Made by a program: the position numbers and the translations under genes. 64,000 nucleotides of DNA from an uncultured Desulfovibrionaceae bacterium. GTDB taxonomy: Bacteria > Desulfobacterota > Desulfovibrionia > Desulfovibrionales > Desulfovibrionaceae. Of the stretch, positions 31,437 to 39,371 are shown piece by piece; positions within the stretch are counted from its first letter, which is position 1; every line of letters begins with the position of its first letter. Under the pieces are notes generated by a model. It was not told the DNA's origin and searched no databases. It was given only the letters and a program-made list of their open reading frames with translations. Location: the NCBI GenBank assembly GCA_964609625.1, contig CAZSRS010000020.1, forward strand, positions 584 to 64,583. The letters run 5' to 3'.

Positions 31437-33107
31437 ATGAATACAGCAGGTTCCTTTGGCCTGGGCCTGGACACAGGCGGCACGTACACCGACGCGGTGT
31501 TGCTCGATCTGTGTACCAGGGCGGTCGTGCGCACTGCCAAGACCCCGACAACGCATCACGACCTCAAATTGGGCGTGGCCCTGGCCATGCAACAGGTCAT
31601 GGCCGGCTCCGGCGTCGATCCGGCGGACGTGGCCCTGGCCGCGGTCTCCACCACCCTGGCCACCAACGCCGTGCTTGAGGATACGGGCGACCGCGTGGGC
31701 TGCGTGGCCATCGGCTATCCAACCCCCATGGACCTGCCCGTGCTGGCGCAGCATTACGTCACCGGCGGGCATCTCATCGGCGGGCGCGAGGCCGAGCCCC
31801 TGGACGTCGAGTCGCTCCTCGAGGGCGTGGGAGTGATGCGCAGGTCCGGGGCCGAGGCCTATGCCGTGTGCTCGGTCATGAGCATGGAAAACGCCACCCA
31901 CGAGCTGGTGGCGGCCAAGGCCATCTCCCTGGTGGCCCCGGGGAGCCCCGTGTTCTGCTCCCACGAGTGCAGCAGCCTGCCAGGTTTCCGCGAGCGCGCC
32001 GCCACCACCGTGCTCAACGCCAGGCTGACCTCCATCATGCAGCGCTTTGCCGATGGCGTGGAGCAGAGCATGCGTGAGTTGGGTATCCATTGCCCGGTGC
32101 GCATCCTGCGCGGCGACGCCGGCGAACTGCCCCTGGAGCAGGGACCACGCCATGCAGTAGAGACCGTGGGCAGCGGTCCGGCCGCCACCACTTGGTTCGG
32201 CAAGGCCATGGGCAAGGTGCGTGACGCCGTGGTGGTGGACGTGGGCGGTACCAGCACCGACGTCACCCTGGTGCAGGACGGCCTTCCAGTGCTCATGGAG
32301 CAGGGGCAGCGCATCGGCAAGTGGGATACCCACGTGCGCTCCCTGGCCATGTATACCGTTGCCGCGGGGGGTGATTCCCTAGTCCAGGCCAAGACCGCCG
32401 AGGATATGCAGGTGGGCCCCAGGCGGGTGCTACCCCTATGTCTGGCGCCGGAACTCCCCCCTCCTGCTGATTGGATCGGCCCCGAACTGGCTGCCAGAAT
32501 GATCTTTCCCGGTGCCGGGCTCCATGCAGTGGACAGGGACGACCCTCTGCTGGAAATCCTGCACCGCATGGGACCGACCTCCGCCGAAACCCTGCGGCGA
32601 GAGCTTTCGATCTCTGTCCTGGAGATGGAGCGCAGACTGGACCGCTACTCCCGCAAGCAACTCGTGCTGGAGAGCGGCTTCACCCCTACGGACGCCCTGC
32701 ATGTGCTGGGGCGCCTGGAACTGGGCGACGCGGCCACGGCCGCTGCCGGCGCCAAGGCCCTGGCAGGAAAGCTGGGACTCTCCGCGACGGAACTGTGCGG
32801 CATGGTGGTGCGACGTATTCAAAAGGCAGTGGAAGACGCCGTGGTCCGCCACCTGCTCAACTGGGAGGGGGCGCAGGGGTTGGGCAACCTGCTGGATCGG
32901 TGTCATGGCTTCAGGCTGTTGCGTATGCATTTTTCCCTTGGCGTACCCCTTGTCGGTGTTGGTGCCGCCGCGCGAACGTTCCTGCCCGCGGTGGCCGATA
33001 CCCTGCATACCGAGATCATCCTCCCCGAACACCATGCGGTGGGCAACGCCTTGGGCGCTCTGCTCCTGGCCCTGGAGCGCGAGGATGAACGCACGGCGCG
33101 GGATTGA
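31437..33107 (+). CDS. Hydantoinase/oxoprolinase-family (actin-fold ATPase) protein
   Basis: GLGLDTGGTYTDAVLLD N-terminus, second phosphate loop VVVDVGGTSTDVTLV. GGAGG Shine-Dalgarno 5 nt before ATG 31437. Confidence 0.8.
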   Translation: MNTAGSFGLGLDTGGTYTDAVLLDLCTRAVVRTAKTPTTHHDLKLGVALAMQQVMAGSGVDPADVALAAVSTTLATNAVLEDTGDRVGCVAIGYPTPMDLPVLAQHYVTGGHLIGGREAEPLDVESLLEGVGVMRRSGAEAYAVCSVMSMENATHELVAAKAISLVAPGSPVFCSHECSSLPGFRERAATTVLNARLTSIMQRFADGVEQSMRELGIHCPVRILRGDAGELPLEQGPRHAVETVGSGPAATTWFGKAMGKVRDAVVVDVGGTSTDVTLVQDGLPVLMEQGQRIGKWDTHVRSLAMYTVAAGGDSLVQAKTAEDMQVGPRRVLPLCLAPELPPPADWIGPELAARMIFPGAGLHAVDRDDPLLEILHRMGPTSAETLRRELSISVLEMERRLDRYSRKQLVLESGFTPTDALHVLGRLELGDAATAAAGAKALAGKLGLSATELCGMVVRRIQKAVEDAVVRHLLNWEGAQGLGNLLDRCHGFRLLRMHFSLGVPLVGVGAAARTFLPAVADTLHTEIILPEHHAVGNALGALLLALEREDERTARD

Positions 33108-33238
33108 GGAAACCTACGGTTTGACGTCCGCGCACAAAGGGGGCATATTGCCCTGAACATCGAGGATACAAGCTATACCAGCCTGCTTCCGAAGCCGGCA
33201 TGAGCGATGAAGAAACGAGACCGGGACATGGGGGGGGA

Positions 33239-33655
33239 ATGCCGCATTATGCAAGGATCATTGTGACACTGTGCGCCCTGCTGTTGTGTCAGGTCGCCGT
33301 GGCCTGGGCTCAGGAGTCTGGTGGGGCGATACCACACCTGGGCGATGTCATCGACGATACACATCCGGGCCTGCTGCGTATCGGCGACATCCAGATCGCC
33401 TGGGGCGTGGGTACGGCGCCGTGTCCTCCGCCCGCGAGCTTCTGCCGCATCGAGGTGCATTTCCCCTTGCCTTTTGCGGAGAAGCCGGTGGTCGTGCTCA
33501 CGGACGTGGCCAACCACTCCACGGAAAAGATTGCCTCGGCCAGCCTGTATCAAGAACTGGTGAGTGCCACGTCGTTCACGGCGCGGGTGAGCCTGGAGGC
33601 CAACGTCAAGGCCCTGAAGCAGATACCCTGGATGGCTGTCGGTCGCTGGCGCTGA
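33239..33655 (+). CDS. Exported protein, possible H-type-lectin-like domain
   Basis: Signal peptide IIVTLCALLLCQVAVAWA. VHFPLPFAEKPVVVL...VSATSFTARV...IPWMAVG resembles the H_lectin pattern. The assignment is weak. Confidence 0.5.
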   Translation: MPHYARIIVTLCALLLCQVAVAWAQESGGAIPHLGDVIDDTHPGLLRIGDIQIAWGVGTAPCPPPASFCRIEVHFPLPFAEKPVVVLTDVANHSTEKIASASLYQELVSATSFTARVSLEANVKALKQIPWMAVGRWR

Positions 33656-33722
33656 CCGCCTTGGCAAGGACAAGACGCCGGTTCTTCACGGCGCCCCCGC
33701 ACGGGGTGAAGACGAGAAACAG

Positions 33723-33947
33723 ATGGCCAATTACATCGTACGCGGCATTCTCATCGGCGGTTCCCTGGGTGTTTTCGCCGGACTCTTCGGCTTCTTCACC
33801 CTGGCCCGTGGCGCGGCCTTGGGCATGGTGGCGGGTTTCTTCGCCGGTTTGACCATGGAGAACCGCCGGGCCAAACGACAGGAAGCAGCCAAAGCCGCGA
33901 AAAGTGCCGCTTTGGATCAGAATTCCAAGGTAGATGACGGAGAATGA
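33723..33947 (+). CDS. Small glycine-zipper membrane protein (74 aa), hypothetical
   Basis: Two G/A-rich hydrophobic segments followed by a K/A-rich tail. ATGA overlap with the next gene. Confidence 0.5.
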   Translation: MANYIVRGILIGGSLGVFAGLFGFFTLARGAALGMVAGFFAGLTMENRRAKRQEAAKAAKSAALDQNSKVDDGE

Positions 33948-34375
33948 CCCGCTCCGGGGAGAAGGACAAGACCCCCGTGAACTGGCCTGTGCTGGGTATC
34001 TGCTGGTTCGGAGGGGTGCTGATCGTCGCGGGTCTGGTGCTTATGCCCGTGCGCATGCCCTTCCTGGATGTCGGCTTCGGCTACTCTATCACCCTCGGGG
34101 AAGTGGCGCATTTCCTGGCCTTTTTCCTTCTGGCCGGGGGCTTTCCCCTGGCCTTCCCCCACAAGCTGTTGGTGTTGCTGGCGCCTTTCATGCTCTCCTT
34201 GCTCTGCGTGCTCCTGGAGTTCTGGCAACTCCACGTGCCCTACAGGCATTTTTCGGAGCTGGACATCCTGTCCGGGGTGCTCGGTTGCATCAGCGGCACC
34301 GCGGTGGGTTGGGTGCTGCGTTTCAGGCGGAACAGGTCATCCAACCGGGTGAGCCGGGAGAACGGCGTGATCTGA
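33944..34375 (+). CDS. VanZ-like family membrane protein
   Basis: LGEVAHFLAFFLLAG and LLEFWQLHVPYRHFSELDILSGVLGCISG match VanZ blocks (..K..HF..Y..L ; E..Q...P.R..S..D...N..G). Confidence 0.7.
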   Translation: MTRSGEKDKTPVNWPVLGICWFGGVLIVAGLVLMPVRMPFLDVGFGYSITLGEVAHFLAFFLLAGGFPLAFPHKLLVLLAPFMLSLLCVLLEFWQLHVPYRHFSELDILSGVLGCISGTAVGWVLRFRRNRSSNRVSRENGVI

Positions 34376-34450
34376 GGCTGTGTAGCGGTGCGGACGCCAG
34401 GACGGACCACGCCGTTTCGTTGCATACGCCAGGTCGGGCCTAGGCCAAGT

Positions 34451-35275
34451 TCACTGAGCGGGAGCGGTGGCGTTTTCCGCCCCGATTGCCGGTCCTGGCG
34501 CGGCAGCTTGGCGTTGCGCGACGACCATGTCCACCACCTTGGAGAATTCCTCCAATGGGGCGAATCCAGGTAACAACACCCCCCCGATGATAAAGGACGG
34601 TGTGCCGCGCAGGCCGATGCGTTCGGCCTCGGCAACGTGGGCCGCGATGCGGTTCTGTACAAGTTCGCCGGCGGCATCCACTTCCAATTGCTCCACATCC
34701 AGACCCAGACCTCGGGCCGCGTCCTTGAGCCAAGCCTCGCCGGATTCCCTGTAAGCCTCACGCCCAGTAAAGAGCAGGTCGTGCAGCACCCAGGCCTTTT
34801 CCACATCCTGCAGCTGGGCTGCCTCGAAGTAGGCCGCGGCCTTGAGGCCGAGTTCCTGCAAGGGCATGTGCATGAACACCACCTTGACCGTGTCCTTGTA
34901 CCTTTGCAGTACCTCCTTGACCACGGCGTTGGCCTTGGAGCAGTGCGGGCATTGGAAGTCCGAGAATTCCACTATGGTGATGGGGGCGTCGGGGTTGCCC
35001 AGTGCGGGGCGCCCTTCTTCGTAATGCACCACGATGGGGTTGTGCAGGTCCGCCTGCCGCTGCTCCTGGATGGCGGTCTCCCGTTTGCGCTCCTGGCCTA
35101 GGACCACGATGTCGAATAGCTCTTCCGGATACTGGTGCAGGAGATCCATGACCAGTCTGGGATTCTTGCGGACACTTTCCTCGATCATCGCCGGGGTGAC
35201 TCCGGTCTGATTGAGCAGATACCCGAGGCCCAACCCAAGGATGAGGCAGAAAAGCGGAATTACGATCGTGCGCAT
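34451..35275 (-). CDS. DsbA-family thiol:disulfide oxidoreductase, membrane-anchored
   Basis: N-terminal TM helix, FSDFQCPHC active site, GLRGTPSFIIGG cis-Pro loop. Confidence 0.85.
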   Translation of the reverse strand: MRTIVIPLFCLILGLGLGYLLNQTGVTPAMIEESVRKNPRLVMDLLHQYPEELFDIVVLGQERKRETAIQEQRQADLHNPIVVHYEEGRPALGNPDAPITIVEFSDFQCPHCSKANAVVKEVLQRYKDTVKVVFMHMPLQELGLKAAAYFEAAQLQDVEKAWVLHDLLFTGREAYRESGEAWLKDAARGLGLDVEQLEVDAAGELVQNRIAAHVAEAERIGLRGTPSFIIGGVLLPGFAPLEEFSKVVDMVVAQRQAAAPGPAIGAENATAPAQ

Positions 35276-35405
35276 GCGTTCCTCCAGCGCTATCATGTGG
35301 TCATATGCGGCGTTCGATCCAAGTGTCCTTAACGGCTGGTGTTGTACCCCGGGCGGTAAAAGCTTGCAAGGCTGGTGACGAAGGTACTGGATCGGGAGCG
35401 TGGAC

Positions 35406-35433
35406 TTGACATCGAGGCCTTGATGCTTAGTAT
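35406..35433 (+). promoter_or_regulatory. Sigma-70-type promoter TTGACA-N16-TAGTAT
   Basis: TTGACA at 35406-35411 and TAGTAT at 35428-35433. Predicted transcription start near 35440. Confidence 0.4.
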
Positions 35434-35441
35434 CTTTATAA

Positions 35442-35690
35442 GGGCTCGGAGGATCACGGCAGGCCGGACGGGTGAAGGCCTCGGGACCGGATCGGAGTCC
35501 AGACCATACACGCTTTGCAAGCTATCAAGGAGGGAGGCCGGCATAGAACCGCATAAAGAAGTAAAATATGGCGAATCGAGTCGCCGCCCTGCATCTGAAC
35601 ATGTGTGCGCTTGAAGACCCGACCCAGTACGCAACAAAGGGGGGGTCCCGCCGAGATAACCCGGCAAGCGCACATTTCTTTTATTGTTTC
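35442..35690 (+). ncRNA. Candidate structured RNA: either an sRNA or a riboswitch-like leader of the cytochrome c/NOX operon
   Basis: Lies between the promoter above and a terminator-like hairpin plus U-tract. GC-rich with several local hairpins (for example GGCGA-ATCGAG-TCGCC at 35570-35585). No convincing ORF on either strand. Confidence 0.3.
35604..35690 (+). terminator. Terminator/attenuator-like structure
   Basis: A 10-bp stem TGTGCGCTTG (35604-35613) / CAAGCGCACA (35665-35674) encloses a branched 51-nt insert and is followed by TTTCTTTTATTGTTTCGTT. Confidence 0.4.
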
Positions 35691-35955
35691 GTTCTCTTTC
35701 CCCCGCCAAGAGCATGGGCGAGGCACTGGTTTCCGGGTGGTAGCACGGCAAGGGGGCGGGAGAGGTCATGCCCCTCGGGCCCTGCGAGGACATGAAGACG
35801 TCCCGAATGCTCTGGAGGGGAGCCTCGAATGGAGCACGACCCTACGGGCCTGGGAAGGCATGAATCTTGCTTATGTCATTAAGATGATAAGACCGTGCAC
35901 CCGCCCAGGCAGGGAGGGCGTCAAAAATCCAGTTGCCTTTGCCTGGGGCTGTGAT

Positions 35956-36285
35956 ATGCATTTTGCCATCGGGCTGGATGATTCTGTTCCTGAGGAGGAA
36001 GACCCCGTGTCCAAGCTTGCCGCGTTCTGCTGCTTCGTGGTCATGACAGTATTGATGCTCAACGCCTTTGTGGGCGCTGGCGAGAAGACGCTGGTGAAGA
36101 TGCTCGACAGCTATTGCACCGTGTGTCACAGCCTTGAACGCGTGCGCAAGGCGGTGGGGCAAAAGGATCTGGAAGGCTGGGAAAGCTATATCGGCCGGAT
36201 GCAAGCCAAGGGTGCGAAGATCGACGACCAGGAAAAAAAGGAACTGTCCAACTGGCTCGCAACGTTGAAAACTCCGGAGTTCTGA
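35956..36285 (+). CDS. Small membrane-anchored monohaem c-type cytochrome
   Basis: Hydrophobic anchor LAAFCCFVVMTVLMLNAFVGA, then the single CXXCH motif YCTVCHSLERV. An alternative start is ATG 35860 (GGGAAGG Shine-Dalgarno). The stop lies 3 nt before the next gene. Confidence 0.6.
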   Translation: MHFAIGLDDSVPEEEDPVSKLAAFCCFVVMTVLMLNAFVGAGEKTLVKMLDSYCTVCHSLERVRKAVGQKDLEGWESYIGRMQAKGAKIDDQEKKELSNWLATLKTPEF

Positions 36286-36288
36286 TCC

Positions 36289-37614
36289 GTGCGGCGCGGA
36301 AGCGCTGCCCTTTCCTGCTTTGTCGTGGCGCTTTGTGCGGCGCCGGTGGTCGTTTACGTTCTCTCGTTCCTCGACTTCCCGCCTGATTCCCTTGCCGCCG
36401 CCTCACACAGCCTGAGCAAGCTCTGCGCCTTCTGTGCCTTGGGGGCGCTTGTCGCGGCAGCTTGGTTGGGAGCGCGTAATCCTCTCCTCGAACGACTGGC
36501 CGGCCTGGAGCGTCTGCTTCGGCTGCACCGTCCCCTGGCCGTGACAGCCCTGGGATTGTGCCTTGTGCACGCCGGGTTGCAGGTCGCGCGCCATTCCCTG
36601 CTGTTCGAGAAATCACCCTGGGCGACACTGGCCGACTATGCGGCGCTCCCGGAAATGCTGCTCGGCGAGATCGTCCTGCTCTTGCTTATGCTACTCTCCC
36701 TGGGCGCCCTGCTCGGCGTCAAGGGGCTGCTGCCCTTTGGCCTTTGGAAGACGGCGCATGGCGTTATGTACCTGGTGGTGCCCATGGCTTTCCTGCATGG
36801 GTTGCTGCGCGGTACGGACATGGAGAGCCCTCTGGCGCGTGGCCTTTGGGTCGCGTTGCTGTCCCTGTTCGGACTCAACCTGCTTTGGCGTGTGCTCACG
36901 GCCAGGGGCCGCAACCGGCCGTGTACCGTGCTTTCCGCGCGGCAGGAGAACAGCGGCGTACGTAGCGTCTGTCTGGCAGTGAAGGACATATCCTGGCGGC
37001 CTGGGCAGTTCGTGATGCTGCGTTTGCCGGGCCGCTTCGGTCACTCCGAGCCTCACCCCTTCACCATCTCCTCGCCCCCCGGTACCGGACTCTGCTGCAC
37101 GGTGAAGCGCGCGGGAACCTTCACCACGGCCCTGCACCGTCTGGGGCCTGGAGCCAGGTTGCTCATGCAGGGACCCTATGGTGTGTTCTGCCGCGAGGTA
37201 TTCGAGGTCTCGGCGGCCCATTGGGGTTTCATCGCCGGGGGCGTGGGCATCACCCCCTTTCTTGCAGTGTTGCGCCATGCGGTCCGGCAGGGAGTAGCGC
37301 TGCGCGGCACACTGCTCTGGACCAACAGGCGTCGTGTCGATGCCTTTGCCTCGGAAGAACTGGAAGCCTTGGGACAGGAACTGGGGCTGCATACCGTGTT
37401 CGTCTTGACCAGGGAGCCCTGGAGCGATTCGACGGCCGCTGGCGTTCGGGAGCAAGGACGTATGGACGTGGCCATGCTGCGCCGCCATTTCAGGGGGGAT
37501 GAGCGCTTTTTTCTTTGCGGTCCCCCGGGTATGCAGCGGTCCGTCCTGGACGGTCTGCATGCCGCCTTCGGCATCAGAGCCGGCGACGTGCAGCGAGAAA
37601 TCTTCGCCTGGTGA
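36289..37614 (+). CDS. NOX/FRE-type flavocytochrome: ferric-reductase transmembrane domain plus FAD- and NAD(P)H-binding domains
   Basis: Two bis-His pairs with 13 and 12 intervening residues (LHRPLAVTALGLCLVH; AHGVMYLVVPMAFLH), FAD motif HPFTISS, NAD(P)H motifs GGVGITPF and CGPPGM. GTG start. Confidence 0.85.
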   Translation: MRRGSAALSCFVVALCAAPVVVYVLSFLDFPPDSLAAASHSLSKLCAFCALGALVAAAWLGARNPLLERLAGLERLLRLHRPLAVTALGLCLVHAGLQVARHSLLFEKSPWATLADYAALPEMLLGEIVLLLLMLLSLGALLGVKGLLPFGLWKTAHGVMYLVVPMAFLHGLLRGTDMESPLARGLWVALLSLFGLNLLWRVLTARGRNRPCTVLSARQENSGVRSVCLAVKDISWRPGQFVMLRLPGRFGHSEPHPFTISSPPGTGLCCTVKRAGTFTTALHRLGPGARLLMQGPYGVFCREVFEVSAAHWGFIAGGVGITPFLAVLRHAVRQGVALRGTLLWTNRRRVDAFASEELEALGQELGLHTVFVLTREPWSDSTAAGVREQGRMDVAMLRRHFRGDERFFLCGPPGMQRSVLDGLHAAFGIRAGDVQREIFAW

Positions 37615-37935
37615 CCCCTGGCGCGATGTCACCGAGAAAAGGAAGGCAGGCCGCTTTTCATGAGAATTTGTCGACCAGGAAGAACACGAATAGACGAAGT
37701 TGTGTCTTTTCCACGGAGAACGTGACAATTTTTGTATTTGACAGGTGATGGCCTTTGTGCAATAGGCTTGAGAACTCGAAGGACCGAGCTTTTCTCTCAC
37801 CTAAGCGCGACCGTTCACAGGATTCAGCTCCACTTCGTGACCCCACCAGGCGCGATTGACGCTTCTGGCTGGGGAAAAGCGTTGAAAGAGGTGCCTTGGG
37901 GGGGCGGTACAGTTTCGTCGTATTGACCATAAGCA

Positions 37936-39042
37936 GTGGCAGGGGGCGTTACGGTGGAACGATTCATCAGAAAGTCACTCCATAAAGTTTTTGTAGGGAA
38001 TGTGCTGCGCGTTCATGCCTCTGGTCTCGAGGCCGCGCGGAACAGCCTGAAAGCCAAACTCGGCTCCGACCCCGGCCTGTTCACGGCCCTGGCCTACTAC
38101 ATCACCCACGAGACCAAGATCGTGGACGACCCCGTGATCATCGCCAGAAAGGACCTCAAGTATCTCCAGGACAATGCCCTGTGTGACGATCTGACCAGAT
38201 TGGGCAACAAACGGTTGTTCAACATCGCGCTCTCCAAGGAATTCGAGCGGTCCAAACGCGCAAGGGACAAGTTCTCCCTGATCATGCTCGATGTCGATTA
38301 CTTCAAGCAGTACAACGATACCTTCGGTCATGTGGCTGGGGACAAGGCACTGACCGGCATAGGCGACATTCTGCGCCTGAATTCTCGCAAGTCGGATTAC
38401 GCCTTGCGTTATGGCGGCGAGGAGTTCGCCCTGCTGCTGCCCGGCACCTGCCAGGACAATGCCCTGCTGCTGGCCGAGCGCCTGCGCAAGAGCGTGGAGC
38501 GTCACCGGTTCGAATACGGCACGTTGACCATCAGCCTGGGGCTGTCAGAGTACCAGAACGGTGACAGGCAGTGCTTCGAGATCGTGGAACGAGCCGACAA
38601 GGCCCTCTATCGCAGCAAGGAACTTTGCAGAAATACCATCTGCGTCTCCGGGCAGGACAACCGCCGGCACCCGCGTTTTCCCCTGCGCATTCCCGTACAG
38701 TTCGGCCTGAGTGCCGACGGGAGACCAGGCGGCATGGGCGAAAGCGTGAACATCAGCCGCGGCGGCATGCTGCTGCACTCCATGCACCCCTTGCGCGAAG
38801 AGACCACCCTGTGCACTCGCCTTTTCAGCCCGCGGGGCAGGAGCCGTATCGAACTCTGTGGCCGCGTGATCAACAACTACTGGGATTCAGGCCGCCAGAG
38901 CAACCGCGTGGCCTTGCAATTCCTGAAGAACGAAACACCGGCGGTGTTCGAGGAGTTCTTCTCCGCCCTGATCTTCAACGAAAGCGCCAACGGAGTCAAA
39001 CTGCCACTGGAGCAGGACAGCTTGGCGCGGGCGGATCATTGA
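37936..39042 (+). CDS. Diguanylate cyclase (GGDEF with I-site) fused to a C-terminal PilZ domain
   Basis: LTRLGNKRLF...DVDYFKQYNDTFGHVAGD...RKSDYALRYGGEEFALLL (RxxD I-site five residues before GGEEF). C-terminal PilZ motifs RRHPR (RxxxR) and NISRGG (D/NxSxxG). GTG start. Confidence 0.9.
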   Translation: MAGGVTVERFIRKSLHKVFVGNVLRVHASGLEAARNSLKAKLGSDPGLFTALAYYITHETKIVDDPVIIARKDLKYLQDNALCDDLTRLGNKRLFNIALSKEFERSKRARDKFSLIMLDVDYFKQYNDTFGHVAGDKALTGIGDILRLNSRKSDYALRYGGEEFALLLPGTCQDNALLLAERLRKSVERHRFEYGTLTISLGLSEYQNGDRQCFEIVERADKALYRSKELCRNTICVSGQDNRRHPRFPLRIPVQFGLSADGRPGGMGESVNISRGGMLLHSMHPLREETTLCTRLFSPRGRSRIELCGRVINNYWDSGRQSNRVALQFLKNETPAVFEEFFSALIFNESANGVKLPLEQDSLARADH

Positions 39043-39180
39043 TCCGCGCGACGTCCCTTATTTGCCATCCTGACATCATCACGCGCTGACCGTGCCCCCA
39101 GCGGGAACGAAAAAGCGACGCATCTCGCCGGTCAACAAGAGGACTCATTCCTGGCGTACCGTGTCTCCGTCTTGCAGTTC

Positions 39181-39335
39181 TTATGGCGGCGAGAAGATGA
39201 CTGTTTCACCGGCTTGCACACCCGGATGATCTGTGCCTCGTCATCGTTGAGAAGCCCCACCCGCACGGAAGTTTGCCGGGCCACGCCGTCCTGGACCGTG
39301 AACAGATTCCAGTCATTGTTGCGGTCGCCAAACGC
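39181..39335 (-). pseudogene. Frameshifted C-terminal fragment of an efflux membrane-fusion (adaptor) protein
   Basis: Minus-strand frames read AFGDRNNDWNLFTVQDGVARQTSVRVGLLNDDEAQII, then (frame -1) GVQAGETVIFSPP-stop. This is collinear with the intact adaptor in this window (VIFVEKDGVAHSRTIEPGVIEGDRIQILSGLRAGERLIV). It is preceded by an in-frame TAG, and nothing upstream survives. Confidence 0.45.
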
Positions 39336-39371
39336 CTACGTCAAGGGCATGGCCCGACCGAGCGGCGCGAA

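Noticed and set aside
31221-32333. 370-aa minus-strand ORF opposite the hydantoinase-family gene
   Set aside because: Antisense shadow with Gly/His/Ala-rich composition.
35442-35700. Attempt to assign the structured region to a known RNA family (tmRNA, RNase P, SRP/4.5S, 6S, cobalamin, glycine, guanidine-I/ykkC, c-di-GMP riboswitches)
   Set aside because: None of the conserved cores I remember is present: the tag ORF and TΨC-like end, GGAAAGTCCGGGC, the SRP GGAA motif, the B12 box, CACCGAAGGGG, or GGUCCGAGAG. Partial resemblance to ykkC (GGUUUCCGGG, ACGG..GGGAGAG at 35728-35765) lacks the central element. It remains an unclassified candidate only.
35329-35795. ORFs of 154 aa (minus) and 75 aa (plus, 35568..35795) in the dsbA / cytochrome c spacer
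   Set aside because: Pro/Ser/Arg-rich, with no ribosome-binding sites and no motifs. The region is better explained as a non-coding leader.
37636-37659. GAAAAG...CTTTTC hairpin after the NOX-like gene as a terminator
   Set aside because: The stem is A/U-rich with only 6 bp, the loop is 12 nt and there is no U-tract. This is too weak to list as a feature.
36691-37800. 369-aa minus-strand ORF opposite the NOX-like gene
   Set aside because: Antisense shadow. The plus-strand frame carries the bis-His, HPFT and GGxGxTP motifs.
39043-39180. Possible N-terminal remnant of an ABC ATPase (MSPLVDRRDASLFRSRWGHGQRV...) following the adaptor stump on the minus strand
   Set aside because: There is only a vague collinearity with the L.L.DVSK.Y..G...V start of MacB/LolD-type ATPases. 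It is too short and too degenerate to support without a profile search.
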